Source: Neoechinorhynchus agilis
Taxonomy: Eukaryota; Animalia; Acanthocephala
DNA length: 64,000 nt
Assembly: GCA_051530055.1 (NCBI GenBank)
Contig: CM121342.1
Span: 13,345,480 to 13,409,479, forward strand
Direction: 5' to 3'
Part shown: in pieces, positions 36,314 to 49,419 of the stretch
Numbering within the stretch: position 1 is the first letter of the stretch
Layout of the letters: each line of letters starts with the position of its first letter
Program-made: the position numbers and the translations under genes
Notes under the pieces: model-generated
Database searches by the model: none
What the model was told of the DNA's origin: nothing
Seen by the model: the letters and a program-made list of their open reading frames with translations, nothing else

Positions 36314-37057
36314 ATATTATTTATTTAAACGCAATATATAGCGATTTTTAAGTTCAATTTAAAAAAGCGAACGCGTAAAGTTACACTACTGAAATATCCC
36401 ATGAGAAATAACACAGTGACCGTTGCTCAAGAGCACATTTTCACATCACCTCTATAGAAATCGTAATTAGAAGATTACAATTTCCGAACGTAAGGCGTTT
36501 AAAGTGTTTTATAATCTATCTCAAATGCAATTGCGATTACTTTAGTGTGGGAAGTATGGCAAAAAAATAGTGCTTTTTAAAAAATTACTTCAATACAAGA
36601 TGTAAACGCAACCAACAAAAATAACGATTTCATCATGTTCCTTTTAAGAAGCACACACAAAGAATGAAGAACAGTATAGCAATATTTTCTCCCGTAAGGT
36701 CATCGGAACTGTTATCAAGATATAAATTCTATAATTTCCAATGGTTATTTAGCGAAAAGTATTAATATACATGGTTTAACGCAGTTTTTAGAATTTTCTA
36801 GTGCGCACAGAATGCAACCTAAGAAATAGTGTCTCCATCAAATTATGCCATTGTTTTTGATGTTAACAATCAATGTCAACAAAATAATGATATAAAAATA
36901 CCAAGTACACAACTTTTACGGTTATGATTTAACCACGAAGTTCAGACAATAAAAGAATTAAATGGAATATTTATTGCGTTCTAACATCTAAGTGTGGCAT
37001 TCTACGATTTTGCCATCTATCTAATTGTTCTATGAAATGGCTACAATTTTACCATTT

Positions 37058-37612
37058 CTAGCAACAGCCAATACCCTTTGGCGGGCAAACATTCTGGTAC
37101 CTGCAATGTGCCGGAATGTTGCATCCTTGAGTCATGGCATCGGGACAGGGAGCTTGAAAGATTTGAAGGCCTGCAGCTGGGCAAGCATTTTGGCATGACG
37201 GCAGACAGTATGGTTGGCAAGGTGGTGGGCAGTGTGTTTGGAAAGGTGGTGGACAGGGGCAAGGTGGTGGACAGGGGCAAGGTGGTGGACAGGGGCAAGG
37301 TGGCGGGCAGGGGCAAGGTGGTGGGCAGGGGCAAATTGGTGGGCAGGAGCAAGGTGGTGGGCAGTATGGTTGGTAAGGTGGTGGGCACGTTGGTGGGCAA
37401 GTTGGAGGACTTGTTGGTGCAGAAGTTGTTATGTAAATTATTTCCTTGATTGAGTCGCAAGGAAGTAGCGGGCAGGTCAAACATCCGCAGCCTCTATCTT
37501 CGATAATTGTAGCATTTGGTTCATCGCCTGTCTGCATTAAGTCAGCCATTTCCATCGCAGAAAACGTTTTCAATGTAACGAAGAGCACGAGGAGTAAGTG
37601 AGCGAACGTCAT
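37058..37612 (-). CDS. Secreted Cys/Pro-rich repeat protein (CPPPCP repeats)
   Basis: Signal-peptide-like N-terminus, an 18-bp tandem repeat encoding CPPPCP, and CxxxCxxxC spacing. Confidence 0.8.
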   Translation of the reverse strand: MTFAHLLLVLFVTLKTFSAMEMADLMQTGDEPNATIIEDRGCGCLTCPLLPCDSIKEIIYITTSAPTSPPTCPPTCPPPYQPYCPPPCSCPPICPCPPPCPCPPPCPCPPPCPCPPPCPCPPPFQTHCPPPCQPYCLPSCQNACPAAGLQIFQAPCPDAMTQGCNIPAHCRYQNVCPPKGIGCC

Positions 37613-37647
37613 TGATCGGAGAAGTCACAATATAAGATACCTTAAAG

Positions 37648-39125
37648 TGATCTAAGGGCTCACTTTTAACCATTCGGAAAAGGCAGCAAATATTGTACAT
37701 TTAGCTGCAATGTTATCAAATCGATCAACGTACACTGGCAAGTCTTTCAAAGCATCGAGTTGCTAACATTTCAAGTTTACAAATCCTCCATGTAAAGCTA
37801 TACTAATTATTGCCTAACATTTTGCGCATCGCATCAAAGCAGTTAGGAAGTACACAGTATCATCTGGTGTAGAGCTCCTAAGAAGATTGAAGGCGCACGG
37901 GAATACAGAATATAGAATGATCTCTGCTGATGTCAAGTCTCTATTAACAAGAGTGTCATTGGACTCAGCGATCAACCTTGCGATTCCAATACTTCAACGT
38001 GATTTAAAAGAATTTAATTTAACAAACCCCAAAGGAAGGAACTCTTACAAATGTGCATGAGGAGCACAAATCTCAATTTCGAAGATAAGAGCTACGATCA
38101 ATTTGACGGATTGTCCGGCCAAGTATGTTTCCAGCCTACCATGTGTCAAATTCTGGCAGAGATACGTAGAGGATACGTTTATCTTAATCGACAAATCCAT
38201 GGAGTTGAAGGATTTCTGCTTCATGTTGAACTCAAAGTACAGTTATATTCAATTGACCGTCGACTCGGCAGATCGCAATGCGTTCCCCTTTTTGAACTTT
38301 TTGATAACGAGATAAGAAGCAGAGTTTGCAACCACGGTATCCACGAAGATAGGTATACCGAAGACAAATATCCATTTATCACAATGGTACCCATTAATTA
38401 TAAAATGACCAGGATGAGTTCGCTGTTTGATTGTGCCTACAACTATTGCTCAAACCAGGATTCGTTCCACAATGAAGGAGAGCTCTTTAGAAATATGCTC
38501 AAAGATAAGTTCTACCAACTCTATATGATAAAAAGAGCTAGTTGCGGAGTCTTCTAAGGAAGGAAAACAGTGTGTCAAAAGTTGAAACGAAGGGTCTTCG
38601 TAAGTGCGCCATTCGGAGACGAAGAGTTATTCACTACAATTAACAATCTGATTAATGGAGCTGCTCCCCAAGACATAGATTGTTGTATCCACAATGAGAA
38701 TGCTAAACCATCAGGCCCCATGGTGAAAAAAACGAGATGAATATGAAAGCAAAGTTGTTGTTTACAGAATTGCGTGCATCGTATGTAGTAATTCCTATGT
38801 TAGTCAAACAAACAATTTGGAAAAGAAGAACAAAAGAACACAAATATGCTCTGGGGAGAGGTACTGGTGCCAGTTCTGCCATACTTAAACATTTTACACA
38901 ACAGAGCAACTTCATGAACATCGAAAACGAAACCATTTTTGTAGAAAGTGAGTCCAAATGGAATCGCGTTATAATGGATTCCATATTCATGGGCTTAATT
39001 GTCAAAGTGGACGAGAATAAGGCAGATTTAAAACTGAATCTAAGGGCAGTCTTAATTACCATCCCCTACTTGTAGAGTTTAGCCCTTGATAAAGGCACAC
39101 GATTGTGTCGTAATATCGGATTCAA
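37648..39125 (+). mobile_element. Decayed Penelope-like element (RT plus GIY-YIG endonuclease)
   Basis: DVKSLLTRV, WQRYVEDTF, and KQT.WKRRTKEH...SSAILKHF GIY-YIG C-terminal half; 37648-38060 resembles 33118-33510. Confidence 0.8.
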
Positions 39126-39808
39126 TAAATTACTTATCTTCAAACTGTTATGGACTATTGTCGAAGGAATATCACTATGGCATAGATTCCTGATAATGTT
39201 ACAGAAGACAGGACATCCGAAAAAGATCAATGGTTGGTGGGCTTGATGGTCGCTAGAATAAGATTACGCTGCAAAACGATCGCGGGATGAGCCAAGCGTC
39301 AATTGTGGACAGCTAATGTATTAATTAATCGCAATGGGCGTAATGAATGCTATTGAGATTCGCCAGGTTCGGACGATAATAGGTCAGCGAGCAGCAATAA
39401 TTCTGACAAATCCTCTTCGTTTTGAGACGTTGCCTTGATTGGCTCTTAAAAGCATGCTAAGCTGTATCACTTTAAAATTCGCAAACGAAATAATCTCGGA
39501 TCTCTTCTAAATACTTAGATTGAACAAATTTAAATGTATCGATTTAAATACGGAAAACTAACATATGCGCCATTTACATGAGACTTATTAAAAAGAGTCC
39601 TACTCGATGACTTCGCAAACATTTATTTGCGATGGATTTCATGCATTTTTTGTTTGCTTTGTTTCCGTGAAAATTTTGATTTGCGCAAAAATATTTGTCA
39701 ACAATCAGCAGCATTCATCGGTCGAAAAAACACTCCCGAAAACGGGTAAAGTGGATAAAAACGCAACGTCTGGCTAACCGTAAACGTTCACCTTCCTCAT
39801 TTTAAGAC

Positions 39809-41131
39809 ATGAGATCTCTATGCAGGTTGGATCATACGACCATTCCCCTCTGGCTTGTGTTTACCATTACGTGGCTCTCCTATGCCAGTACATACCTTCT
39901 CCGGAAACCCATTGGAGTTCTTAAATCACCATACGGGTCGTCAATACAACTAAGTAACACTCAATTGGGTCTTCTCGATCTCTCACTCCTCCTGCCTTAC
40001 GCACTGGTTCAAATGCTCTTTGGCCAACTGACAGACAAAATCGGCCCACGAATCACCTTGAGCGTGGCACTCTTGGGAGCTGGACTCTCACTTCTCTTCT
40101 TTAAATTCAATCAATCTTACTCAGTCTTCCTGCTAATGCTCCTCCTAAGCGGCAGTTTCCAATCTTTCTGTTGGTCAGCTTGCAACACCGGAATCAGTCA
40201 ATGGGAAACCGATAAACGAAAACGGCATGATCTTCTCGGATATTTTGGAACAAGTCCATTTGCTGGAGGAGTCGCTGGGACCCTATTCGCCGTTTTTATC
40301 CTCAAGCACTTTGGCTGGCAGAACGTCTTCTTTTGGCCTTCTTTGATTACAATCACCTTCTCAGTTCTCACTTACTTTCTCTTTCTTTATCCTAAGATTA
40401 TTGATTGTTCTTTAAACTATGGGCCACTATTCCTTTGTTAGAGTAATTAATATAATCCATCTTCGCCACTCACTCTGTCTCATGGAACCAGATCTTCTCA
40501 GCACGTATTTAAAACGCCTGGGACCATTTCGACAGCAATGGCTGTATTTTGTCTCAAAGTAGTTCGATACGGCCTTTATTTTTGGCTTCCTCTGCAACTT
40601 GAACGCGAGCTAGGATACTCCAACACTCAGGCGTCAAACTACTCAGTTTTGTTCGATGTCGGAGCTGCCATCGGATGTCTCATCGCCGGAAAAGTATTAG
40701 CTGTCCTTTTTAAAAGCAATGCTCTTATCGGTTCCGCCGTTCAATCTGTTCTGTCTGCCGCCGCGCTTGTCCTATTCATCCTTTTATCACGATTTGGCCC
40801 CGTTGCAGTCTGCGTTTGTATAGCTCTTGTTGGGGCGCTAAACGGTGCCCCGGATGTCATTTTGTGTGGAATTGTTCCTGCTGATTTGGTCAACAGCGAT
40901 AAAGTAGCCGCAATGATCGGATTCGTTAATGGACTCGGAAGTTTTGGAGGAATGATCGAAGGACCATTGATTGGACTTGTTGCTGATAAATATGGGTGGA
41001 CAGGAGTGTCATTATCAATGATTGGATTCAGCGTCTTGGCCGGATTGTTTTGTTTCCTCGCTCATTATTCTCATCAGAGGAAGCGCGAAATCGAAGATGC
41101 AAATGAAGAACTCGAAAACATTTCCGTCTAG
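39809..41131 (+). CDS. MFS sugar-phosphate antiporter (SLC37/GlpT-like), copy 2
   Basis: ORF translations identical to copy 1; same interruption. Confidence 0.88.
40399..40454 (+). other. TA-flanked hairpin insertion (54 nt), MFS copy 2
   Basis: Same as copy 1 except C>T at 40448, which changes a G:C stem pair to G:U. Confidence 0.65.
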
Positions 41132-41170
41132 AAATTATTATTTATTTAAACGCAATATATAGCGATTTTT

Positions 41171-41300
41171 TTTAAACGAATAATCTTTTTATTGTTTCTT
41201 TTTAAAGGACAATTTTAGATTAAATCGTCCCCAGGACGCTGACCGCATTTCCTCGTTGGATTGCGAGGCTTATTCTTTAAGTTCAGGCGCGAACAAACTC
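41171..41300 (-). mobile_element. 3' tail of a CRE-like non-LTR element at the duplication breakpoint
   Basis: Minus strand translates LAIQRGNAVSVLGTI-stop. Confidence 0.6.
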
Positions 41301-42448
41301 GCATGTTTACGTTGGAATCACTTTGTATCCTTCTGCTCGCCGCATTTACCAATATCCTAGAATGCTATTTACTTCTCTGTTTTCGTGATTGCTGAGAGGA
41401 TATTTCCTTTTGCGATTCTTTCCTCAATGCTTGACGAAAGAAAGATCATTTGCATTTTCCTTTTAGTTTCACGAACGTTTCTAGCTTTATTGATTGCATT
41501 ATTTAAAACGTATTGAAATGTATGCTCGTTTTTCTCAGCATTGCGGTTTTACCGTTCACGTTAGTAGTTTAATGGATAAATTTCTATCATTTTTGTTTTT
41601 TAATCTAGTTAATTTTAAAGTTGGTCTCACAATTTAAAGTAGAACGAGTTGTATTTTCATTTTGTAGCCTGCTTGGTAAAATAGTTTTTTAGTTGCTGTT
41701 TTTGTCCCTTCTCAGAATTTTGTGCTCCTTTATAGATATTTTTTATGCATAGTTTACTAACGGCGTTCCTTCTTAACGTCTAGACATATTGCCCCGAATC
41801 GTTTCGTTCTCAAATGTGCTTGGGTTAGTCTTAATAACTAGTTTTTTGACAAACCTAGTCGAAATCTTTTATATTGTTTTATTCTGAAGCAAATGCCTGA
41901 AATGAAACAATTTTGAAGCACTGTCAGTTTTTTGTGGGCAGGGGTCATTTTTGGATTACAGATTTCGCGTCTTAGACATTGATGGACTTTAATTTTATCT
42001 ACTTTTTTAGTTTAATAGATTTTTGCACAATTTATGATGTTCTCAACTGCACGCTCAGTGCTTAAAATCTAAATTAAATAAATCGATAATTAACTAGTTG
42101 CTTTCGTCGAAATCACATTAATTATTTTTAAAGGATGTTTTCACACTAAGCAAACTAGTTTTATACCACAGGTAGTTCATAAAAGTTCCGATGTGAACGG
42201 AGAAACATCTTGGTCTTTATTCCCATTCTGATTCGCTGATAAAAATGGTTAACTGTCGAGGGTTTCTTGATTGTTGCGGCCAACCATTTTCCAACTTTGG
42301 CACATGAGAAAGTTCTTTAACCAGGTCGTGTTTCCCTCGAGGAGAGCTGCTAGTCGATGTTTGCCTTTCAGAAAAAGTTTTCGATTCCGTTTTCCATTTC
42401 TGATGCTTGATTAGTAAAATCATTGGTTTCACTCATATATTTCAGAAA

Positions 42449-44749
42449 ATGAGTGCTCGTGACCAGATGCGGGCGATGATTGATCAGCTTATGGGTAGTA
42501 ATGCGGATACTGGTAAGTTTGATTGCTGCAAAGTTTGCCAAAAACGACTTATATTCGTTCGTGTAAGCTGCTCTTCACATTGGTCTACTCCCCCCATTCT
42601 GAACGGGTTTTGTGCAATCGTGAGTACCTTGGGTTGGGGTCAGAGGTGTGAGCTATCATCATAAACGCCACACAAATCAGCCGAATCAAAGTGCGTTATT
42701 TTAAAAAATAATTAATAGTATTTATTTTTGAGTACAAACCGTGTCACATATTCAGAAGGATCGGTCAAAAGGTCAATTGGATTCGAAAGCAACCGCGTAT
42801 GCCGGCCATTTCTGTTGGGATGTTGCCCGTTCGATATTCTGAGCGGCACGGTAAGTAAGGGTTCTGCATCTGAAGCGATAAGTTAGTGTATTCATTGATG
42901 TACTCATGAGTAGAGAGTTGATATGGGATATTGTTCACGATTACACGATCTCGCACTAAAGTCGGACTATGAAAAGGCATCCGAAACACGTGATTTTCGA
43001 TTCGATATTGATGTGAGTTTAATTATTATAACGCTTTAATGAAATATATTTGTTCTTGTAGGCGTTCAGAACTCTAGATTCATTTATCCGCGATACAAAC
43101 GAAAAAGCTGAAGCAGCGAGACGAAAGTTACTTGAGACTCAGGATGAACTAGGTCCGGAGGCTTCTGAGATGATGAAGGCAATTCATGAACTTAGTGAAC
43201 AAATCGGGGTAAAATTAGCATTGGCTGAGGAATTACGAGAATCCGGGTCACCATCGGGTGGTTGCAATTTAGGGTGATGGTGATCCGGTCCATGGGTGCA
43301 GACGGAAAAGTTGAAGAGTCTTTCAAGATTATGAACGAGGTTGAAGACTTGAAGCGAGAAAAGATAAAGAAGGAGTACGATTTTAGGTGTGCGATTCCAA
43401 GCACAATCTATCAGCAATACAAATTGCGGGTGTGCGAGGTGTGTTCAGCTTATTTGGGTATTCATGACAATGATAGACGCCTAGCTGATCATTTCGGTGG
43501 AAAGCTTCATCTGGGGTTTATTCGAATTAGAGAGCGGTATGCGGATTTGAAGAAAAAGATTGAAGCGAGGAAGCTTAATGGTACCTATGAAACCTATGAT
43601 GATCTTCGATACCGTGAAAAAGCTTCGCCTTCAAGAGGGCATGAAGTTCGGCGAACACAAATGTCCCCTAATACAAGACAAACAAGAAAAAGATCGAGCA
43701 ACGAGCGCCTGTCGCGCATTCGGAAGCAAGATATTTGTAGATCTCGTGAAATTGATCAAAGGAAACAGAGGTCACGGAGCAGAAATCCTACGTCTATACG
43801 TGACTATGAACAAAGTGGGCACCGTGATCGCAAACCGCGACATTCAATAGACCATCATAGGCTGAGTGACTCTCAACCGGAACGAGAAGCAAAGCGAGTA
43901 CATCAACGTAATGAAGTAAGGCAACCTCGAAGTTCAAGAATTGGTTGCAAACAGCAGAACTCCCGAAAATCGGTAAGTGATGATCAGGAGCTAAGCCAGT
44001 CTGAAAATCCGGATAACAGAAGACGACTTTGTTGTAGTGGTGATTTAAAAAAACCGTCAGAATCGATGAGTCCTGAATTGGATGTGCAGAAGCAAAAGTC
44101 TATTGGTATAAACTCAATTCCGTCCGATTCATCAAATACAAATGTTTCCAAGAGTGGCGAGATCAAGTTTAAAAAATGTCATCACAGGAAACGAACAGCA
44201 GAGGGGCATGACCGTACATCAACAAAAGGCAAACTGCACAAACCCGTAAGTACTGACGAGTCGTATTGTAAAGGAATAAGATCTCGCAAGAGGAAAGTGA
44301 CTTCTTGTAGCCGATCAAATCGATGGGCCCGTAAAGGAAGAGATACAAGTAGCGATGATCGAAAAAAGGTTAGTAAGCGGAGAAAAGATCGGAGGCACGT
44401 GAATCGAGGTACTAGTAATGAATCTGATACGACGATGAGCGATCTGTCAAGTCGGTCTAGTGACGAGAGTACTCAGAGCTCCGTGAGTAGTCGTAGAATA
44501 TCGTTTAATTCAGATCGAGACACGATTGGCTCAGAATGCTCGGGAAAGTGTAAGACGTGGAAAAGGTCAAAGAGAAAATATCGGAGTGAGGGTCGAAGTA
44601 AAAAAAGGACAAAGCACAAACGAAACAATAGCCCAAAGCATAAATATGGAAAAAATGCTAAGGAACACAATTCCTCAACTGAGTCTACAAACTCAAATGA
44701 ATACTCACCATACAAGGGTAGATCGAAAAGGCGAAATCAGAAAAGATAG
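42449..44749 (+). CDS. LUC7: U1 snRNP-associated splicing factor LUC7-like with a long RS/basic tail
   Basis: MSARDQMRAMIDQLMG, CRPFLLGCCPFDILSGTR.DMG.C...H, KLRVCEVCSAYLGIHDNDRRLADHFGGKLHLGF; three GT-AG introns and one non-canonical insertion. Confidence 0.95.
43234..43294 (+). other. TA/TG-flanked hairpin insertion (59 nt), putative non-canonical intron in LUC7
   Basis: 13-bp stem 43243-43255 / 43276-43288; removal gives AEELGADGKVEES. Confidence 0.7.
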
Positions 44750-45879
44750 TTGCGATTGGAAAATAATCATCAATTTTCTTCTTAGTGTTGGTGGTGAATG
44801 GGAAAGCGGGCCTATACCGCGATGACGCAATACTTCTCGGTCCAATTGCACAACGTTATTTCTTATAACATTTTGAAATGCGCCGTATGGCAAGATGCGA
44901 TTTACTTCAGTCATTTGTGTGATCTGGATCCTAGAGGACGGTAAGATCGTCAAATGCGGAAGTTAAATCTGGTCTAACTGTTTCAGCCCAAACACTTAAA
45001 TGTTACACGTGCAACTCCCCAAATCCATCATGCCGAGATCCTTTTTCCGTTCGAAGGAACTATTTGAACGATTGCTCGTCAGAAAATTCAACAATGTGTT
45101 TTAAAATGGCATGGAAAGGTGAAGCGTATTTTGCGTAAACATTTACTCACTCCATAGCACCGTTTAGCTCCGGGATATCCATGGGGTTATGCCCGAGGGT
45201 GCTCTACTCATGGAACGTTAACGATATGGAATCGCCGAATATGCCAATTCAACCGCGGTATCGCAAAAGACTTTATCGGCACATCTCCTCAACACCTGTA
45301 AAATAGGAGAAGGAAACGTAATAGTATGGTATTGTTATTGCGACGATATGAATGGCTGCAATTCTCGTGTAAAGATGCACGCGGATGAAATTCTAATTAC
45401 GTTGTTAATGGTGATTGCAACTTCCGCGTGAGTAAATTTACAGAATTTCTGTGATTTAAAATAAAAAAATAATATTTGTTTCATAAGCATTTGTGTAAAA
45501 CACAAGCAAACCAATATAAAAAACGGACGAAACGCGACTACGTCCCGCCACTTAGTAAATTTCACTCTTTTCACGTCTCTAATTTGGCGTGCTTTTTGTG
45601 ACTGTATTTCCTTGTGTTTTTCGCGTGCATTCGTGTTCGTTTCACTCAATGCTTTTTTAAACAAGTGAAACAGTATTAATTTTCGGCAATATAATCCCGG
45701 CCATAACCCAATTTATTAATTTGAAATATTTTGCAATGTAGCCTCGCCTCTAAAGGTTGCTAAAACTTACAAGCACTGACTGAAGAGACGAGCTTGTCTC
45801 GCGAAATATCTCAAATAAATCAATTAGGTCATGCCGATGTTCACCCAATTGCCGCGAACAATTTTATATCGCTGTAGGT

Positions 45880-48520
45880 AGAACCTCTCAGTTCGTATTC
45901 GTTTTGTTGCTTTTTTCGGATTGCATTTCCGTTGTTTTCTGCGCACATTCGTGTTCGTAAAGATTAATGTTCGTTTTTGAATAAACGAAAGATTTATCAT
46001 TTGTACCTGTTTAACCGCTTTTTTCGGATTGCATTTCTTTTGCTTTCTGCGCATATTCGTGTTCGTAAAGATTAATGTTCTTTTTTGACCAAACGAACGA
46101 GTGTTCATTTTTACTCGTTATACCGCTTTTTCGGATTGCATTTCTTTTGTTTTATGCGCATATTCGTGATCTTAAGGATTAATGTTCTTTTTTGTCCAAA
46201 CGAAAGAGTGTTCATTTTTACTCGCCTTGCTGCTGGTTTCGGATTCATTTCTTTTGTTTTCTGCGCATATTCGTGTTCGTAAAGATTAATGTTCTTTTTT
46301 GACCAAACGAAAGAGTGTTCATTTTTACTCGTTATACCGCTTTTTTCGGATTGCATTTCTTTTGTTTTCTGCGCATATTCGTGTTCGTAAAGATTAATGT
46401 TCATTTTTCATAAAACGAAAGAGTATTCATTTTTACTCGTTAACCGCTTTTTCGGATTGCATTTCTTTTGTTTTCTGCGCATATTCGTGTTCGTAAAGAT
46501 TAATGTTCTTTTTTGACCAAACGAAGAGTGTCATTTTACTCTATCGCTTTTTCGGATGCATTTCTTTTGTTTTTGCGCAATTCGTGTCTAAGATTATGTT
46601 CTTTTTTGACCAAACGAAAGTGTTCATTTTTACTCGCCTTGCTGCTGGTTTCGGATTGCATTTCTTTTGTTTTCTGCTCATATTCGTGTTCACAGAGATT
46701 AATGTTCTTTTTTTACCAAACGAAAGAGTGTTCATTTGCACTCGTTTTACTGTTTTTTCGGATTTCATTTCTTTTGTTTTCTGCGCATATTCGTGTTCGT
46801 AAAGATTAATGTTCATTTTTCATAAAACGAAAGAGTATTCATTTTTACTCGTTAAACCGCTTTTTTCGGATTGCATTTCTTTTGTTTTCTTGATTTCATT
46901 TCTTTTGTTTTTGCGCATATTCGTGTTCGTAAAGATTAATGTTCTTTTTAAAACGAAAGAGTTTCATTTTTACTCGTTAACCGCTTTTTCGGATTGCATT
47001 TCTTTTGTTTTTGCGCATATTCGTGTCTAAAGATTAATGTTCTTTTTAAAACGAAAGAGTTTCATTTTTACTCGTTCGTTTTCGGATTGCATTTCTTTTG
47101 TTTTCTGCGCATATTCGTGTTCGTAAAGATTAATGTTCTTTTTTGACCAAACGAAGAGTGTCATTTTTACTCGTTATACCGCTTTTTCGGATTGCATTTC
47201 TTTTGTTTTATGCGCATATTCGTGATCTTAAGGATTAATGTTCTTTTTTGACCAAACGAAAGTGTTCATTTTTACTCGCCTTGCTGCTGGTTTCGGATTG
47301 CATTTCTTTTGTTTTCTGCTCATATTCGTGTTCACAGAGATTAATGTTCTTTTTTTACCAAACGAAAGAGTGTTCATTTGCACTCGTTTTACTGTTTTTT
47401 CGGATTTCATTTCTTTTGTTTTCTGCGCATATTCGTGTTCGTAAAGATTAATGTTCATTTTTCATAAAACGAAAGAGTATTCATTTTTACTCGTTAAACC
47501 GCTTTTTTCGGATTGCATTTCTTTTGTTTTCTGCGCATATTCGTGTTCGTAAAGATTAATGTTCTTTTTTATAACGAAAGAGTGTTCATTTGACTCGTTT
47601 ACGTTTTTTCGGATTCATTTCTTTTGTTTTCTGCGCATATTCGTGTTCGTAAAGATTAATGTCTTTTGACCAAACGAAGATGTTCATTTTTACTCGCTTG
47701 CTGCTGGTTTCGGATTGCATTTCTTTTGTTTTCTGCGCATATTCGTGTTCGTAAAGATTAATGTTCTTTTTTGACCAAACGAAGAGTGTTATTTTTACTC
47801 GTTTACGTTTTTCGGATTCATTTCTTTTGTTTTTGCGCATATTCGTGTCTAAGATTAATGTTCTTTTTAAACGAAAGAGTTTCATTTTTACTCGTTCGCT
47901 TTTCGGATTGCATTTCTTTTGTTTTCTGCGCATATTCGTGTTCGTAAAGATTAATGTTCTTTTTTACCAAACGAAGAGTGTTCATTTACTCGTTTTACTT
48001 TTTTCGGTTCATTTCTTTTGTTTTTGCGCATATTCGTGTCTAAGATTAATGTTCTTTGGTTTTTTGTTGGTTTTTTTGTTTTTTGTTACTCGTCGTTTTC
48101 GATTCATTTCTTTGTTTTTGCGCATATTCGTGTTCGTAAAGATTAATGTTCATTTTTCATAAAACGAAAGAGTATTCATTTTTACTCGTTATACCATTTT
48201 TTCGGATTTCATTTCATTTGTTTTCTGCGCATATTCGTGTTCGTAAAGATTAATGTTCTTTTTTGACCAAACGAAAGAGTGCTCATTTGTACTCGTCATA
48301 GCGCTTTTTCGGAATGCATTTCTTTTGTTTTCTGCGCACATTCGTGTTCGTAAAGATTGATGTTCTTTTTTGACCAAACGAAAGTGTTCATTTTTACTCG
48401 CCTTGCTGCTGGTTTCGGATTGCATTTCTTTTGTTTTCTGCGCATATTTGTGTTCGTAAAGATTAATGTTCGTTATTGACCAAACGGAAGATTGTTCATT
48501 TTTTTCTCGTTTTACTGCTA
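45880..48520. repeat. ~107-bp satellite array (about 24 copies) with re-duplicated variant blocks
   Basis: Unit ttttcggattgcatttcttttgttttctgcgcatattcgtgttcgtaaagattaatgttcttttttgaccaaacgaaagagtgttcatttttactcgttataccgc; successive copies at 46064, 46171, 46278. Confidence 0.95.
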
Positions 48521-49419
48521 TTATGTCACGGCTTTTTCTATTGTTTTCTGTACGCATTCGTTGTCGTACAGCTTGCGTTCATTGGTGTTCGTATTGCGTA
48601 ATGCACGTTTTGACCGCGCGAACGAGTTTTCGGTCGTTTTCGTGTTAGTTGTTCTTTGATCGTTGCTTCTCGTGTGTTATATTTTGCTCATTCGTGTTGG
48701 TCTTAGCTTTATGCTCGTTTTTGTGTGCGCTTGCTTTTGTTTGTTCTTATTTTTGATTGATTCGGTTAGCCAAAATTTTTCCCTTTAAAGATTGTAACGT
48801 GTTTACGCGATTTTTGGTGAGCGCTGGAATGCGCACTTGCATCACATCGTTCGATTCGCGATTTGTCTACGCAAATATTTTTGTATTTTTGTTTGTGTAA
48901 ATAGTATTTTTGGCCGCGCTTTATAAGATTGAAATTTCTTATATTACAATTGATCTGTTTTAATTTCCTACACTCTGTCTGTTTTGTAATAGCAAGTCGG
49001 GTACTGACTTTGTCCTGCTTCTGCCATCATTGATTGAACGCGTTTATTCCCATAGTTCTTGTTAAGTGTGTGTTTATTTCGAATATTTGTATCAATTACG
49101 TTTGAACATGAGGAACTGGATTCATCGTTGCTGTCATAGGGCCGATCGGTTCGTTGTTTTTCCATGTTTTGTTGATGCATTACGTGATTTGTGAACTGTG
49201 GAGATTGTAACCTGAAATAGGGACGTACTCCTGTCTGGGTTGCATCATCAATGCAGGATGCATTCATGTTGTACTACGGACAAAAAAATGGTATTGAATT
49301 TTTTAGGTTCTACGATGGTACTTACTTTGTTATAACAGAAGAATGAGATGTTCACTAGTCGGGCAACACAGTTCATGATATCGCGAGTCTCTTGGATGAC
49401 TTGGTCAATCTATGCACGG

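Larger units (their letters stand above)
34306..36349 (+). repeat. Segmental duplication, copy 1 (about 2.04 kb)
   Basis: Nearly identical to 39124-41170 at an offset of 4818 bp. Confidence 0.95.
39124..41170 (+). repeat. Segmental duplication, copy 2
   Basis: Matches 34306-36349 with few substitutions. Confidence 0.95.

Noticed and set aside
37078-37453. Plus-strand GKVV and WW-repeat ORFs
   Set aside because: Antisense shadows of the CPPPCP gene, which has the signal peptide.
45775-45815. ctgaagagacgagcttgtctcgcgaaatatc as a hammerhead
   Set aside because: Stem II overlaps the core and extra bases precede GAAA, so the geometry does not fit.
45880-48520. CRISPR array, or protein-coding ORFs in the repeat
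   Set aside because: Whole ~107-bp units repeat without unique spacers, the context is eukaryotic, and the ORFs are translations of the satellite.
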